Positions 63,871 through 64,000 of a DNA stretch of 64,000 nt are shown here, in pieces. Where the stretch lies: NCBI GenBank assembly GCA_963753435.1, contig CAVWCF010000001.1, positions 1,472,001 through 1,536,000 on the forward strand, in the 5' to 3' direction. Each line of letters begins with the position of its first letter. The stretch's first letter is position 1. Made by a program: the position numbers and the translations under genes. This DNA comes from an uncultured Actinomycetota bacterium. Its GTDB lineage: Bacteria > Actinomycetota > Actinomycetes > CAVWCF01. Below the pieces are notes generated by a model, which saw only the letters and a list, made by a program, of their open reading frames with translations, was not told where the DNA came from and made no database searches.

Positions 63871-63961
63871 GGGTGTGCCTTTCGTGATTGGTGGTCTGCG
63901 GAGTCGGTGAAGTGCGCGCAGACAGGCGCGCCCGAACCGGGCGTCGCGGTGTGGTGTGGGT

Positions 63962-64000
63962 CTACGCGCTGCGCAGTGCCGGCGGACCGCGGCGCGTCAG
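63962..64000 (-). CDS. 3' end of an upstream ORF ending in LTRRGPPALRSA*
   Basis: Only 13 codons are visible at the window edge; contains an RGPP motif. Confidence 0.45.
   Translation of the reverse strand: MTRRGPPALRSA

Overview
High-GC actinobacterial chromosomal window, judged from hspR with HAIR sites, bldC, DUF3073, IdeR boxes, glgM and fadE5. It is mostly core genome. Left to right: class-III aminotransferase (partial), purA, an otsB-GH15-otsA trehalose operon, lemA, pyrE, the dnaK-grpE-dnaJ-hspR-clpB operon, a membrane Fe-S oxidoreductase, dcd, tRNA-Gly with a small arsR/arsI islet, fadE5, a thioredoxin-NHL protein, an ECF sigma/anti-sigma/ABC module with duplicated permeases, a nitrilase, a 2-oxoacid dehydrogenase E1a/E1b/E2 cluster, purB-C-S-Q-L, purF-M, valine/leucine dehydrogenase, bldC, tRNA-Glu/Asp/Phe, glgM and an IdeR-controlled Fe3+ ABC transporter. 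No CRISPR array, integrase, classical transposase or prophage was seen. Most notable: (1) a ~1.1 kb element after purL bounded by ~51-bp terminal inverted repeats that encodes a decayed AbiEi-like/DUF559-like nuclease rather than a transposase; (2) two intergenic candidate RNAs with C-rich-loop hairpins sharing a CCCCTCCGA motif; (3) an unlisted 47-aa leaderless membrane microprotein divergent from dnaK; (4) an RRGPP arrest-type C-terminus upstream of a His-rich lipoprotein. Three single-base insertions (nitrilase, E1-beta, purM) look like assembly errors. All family calls come from motif recognition by eye; no searches were run.
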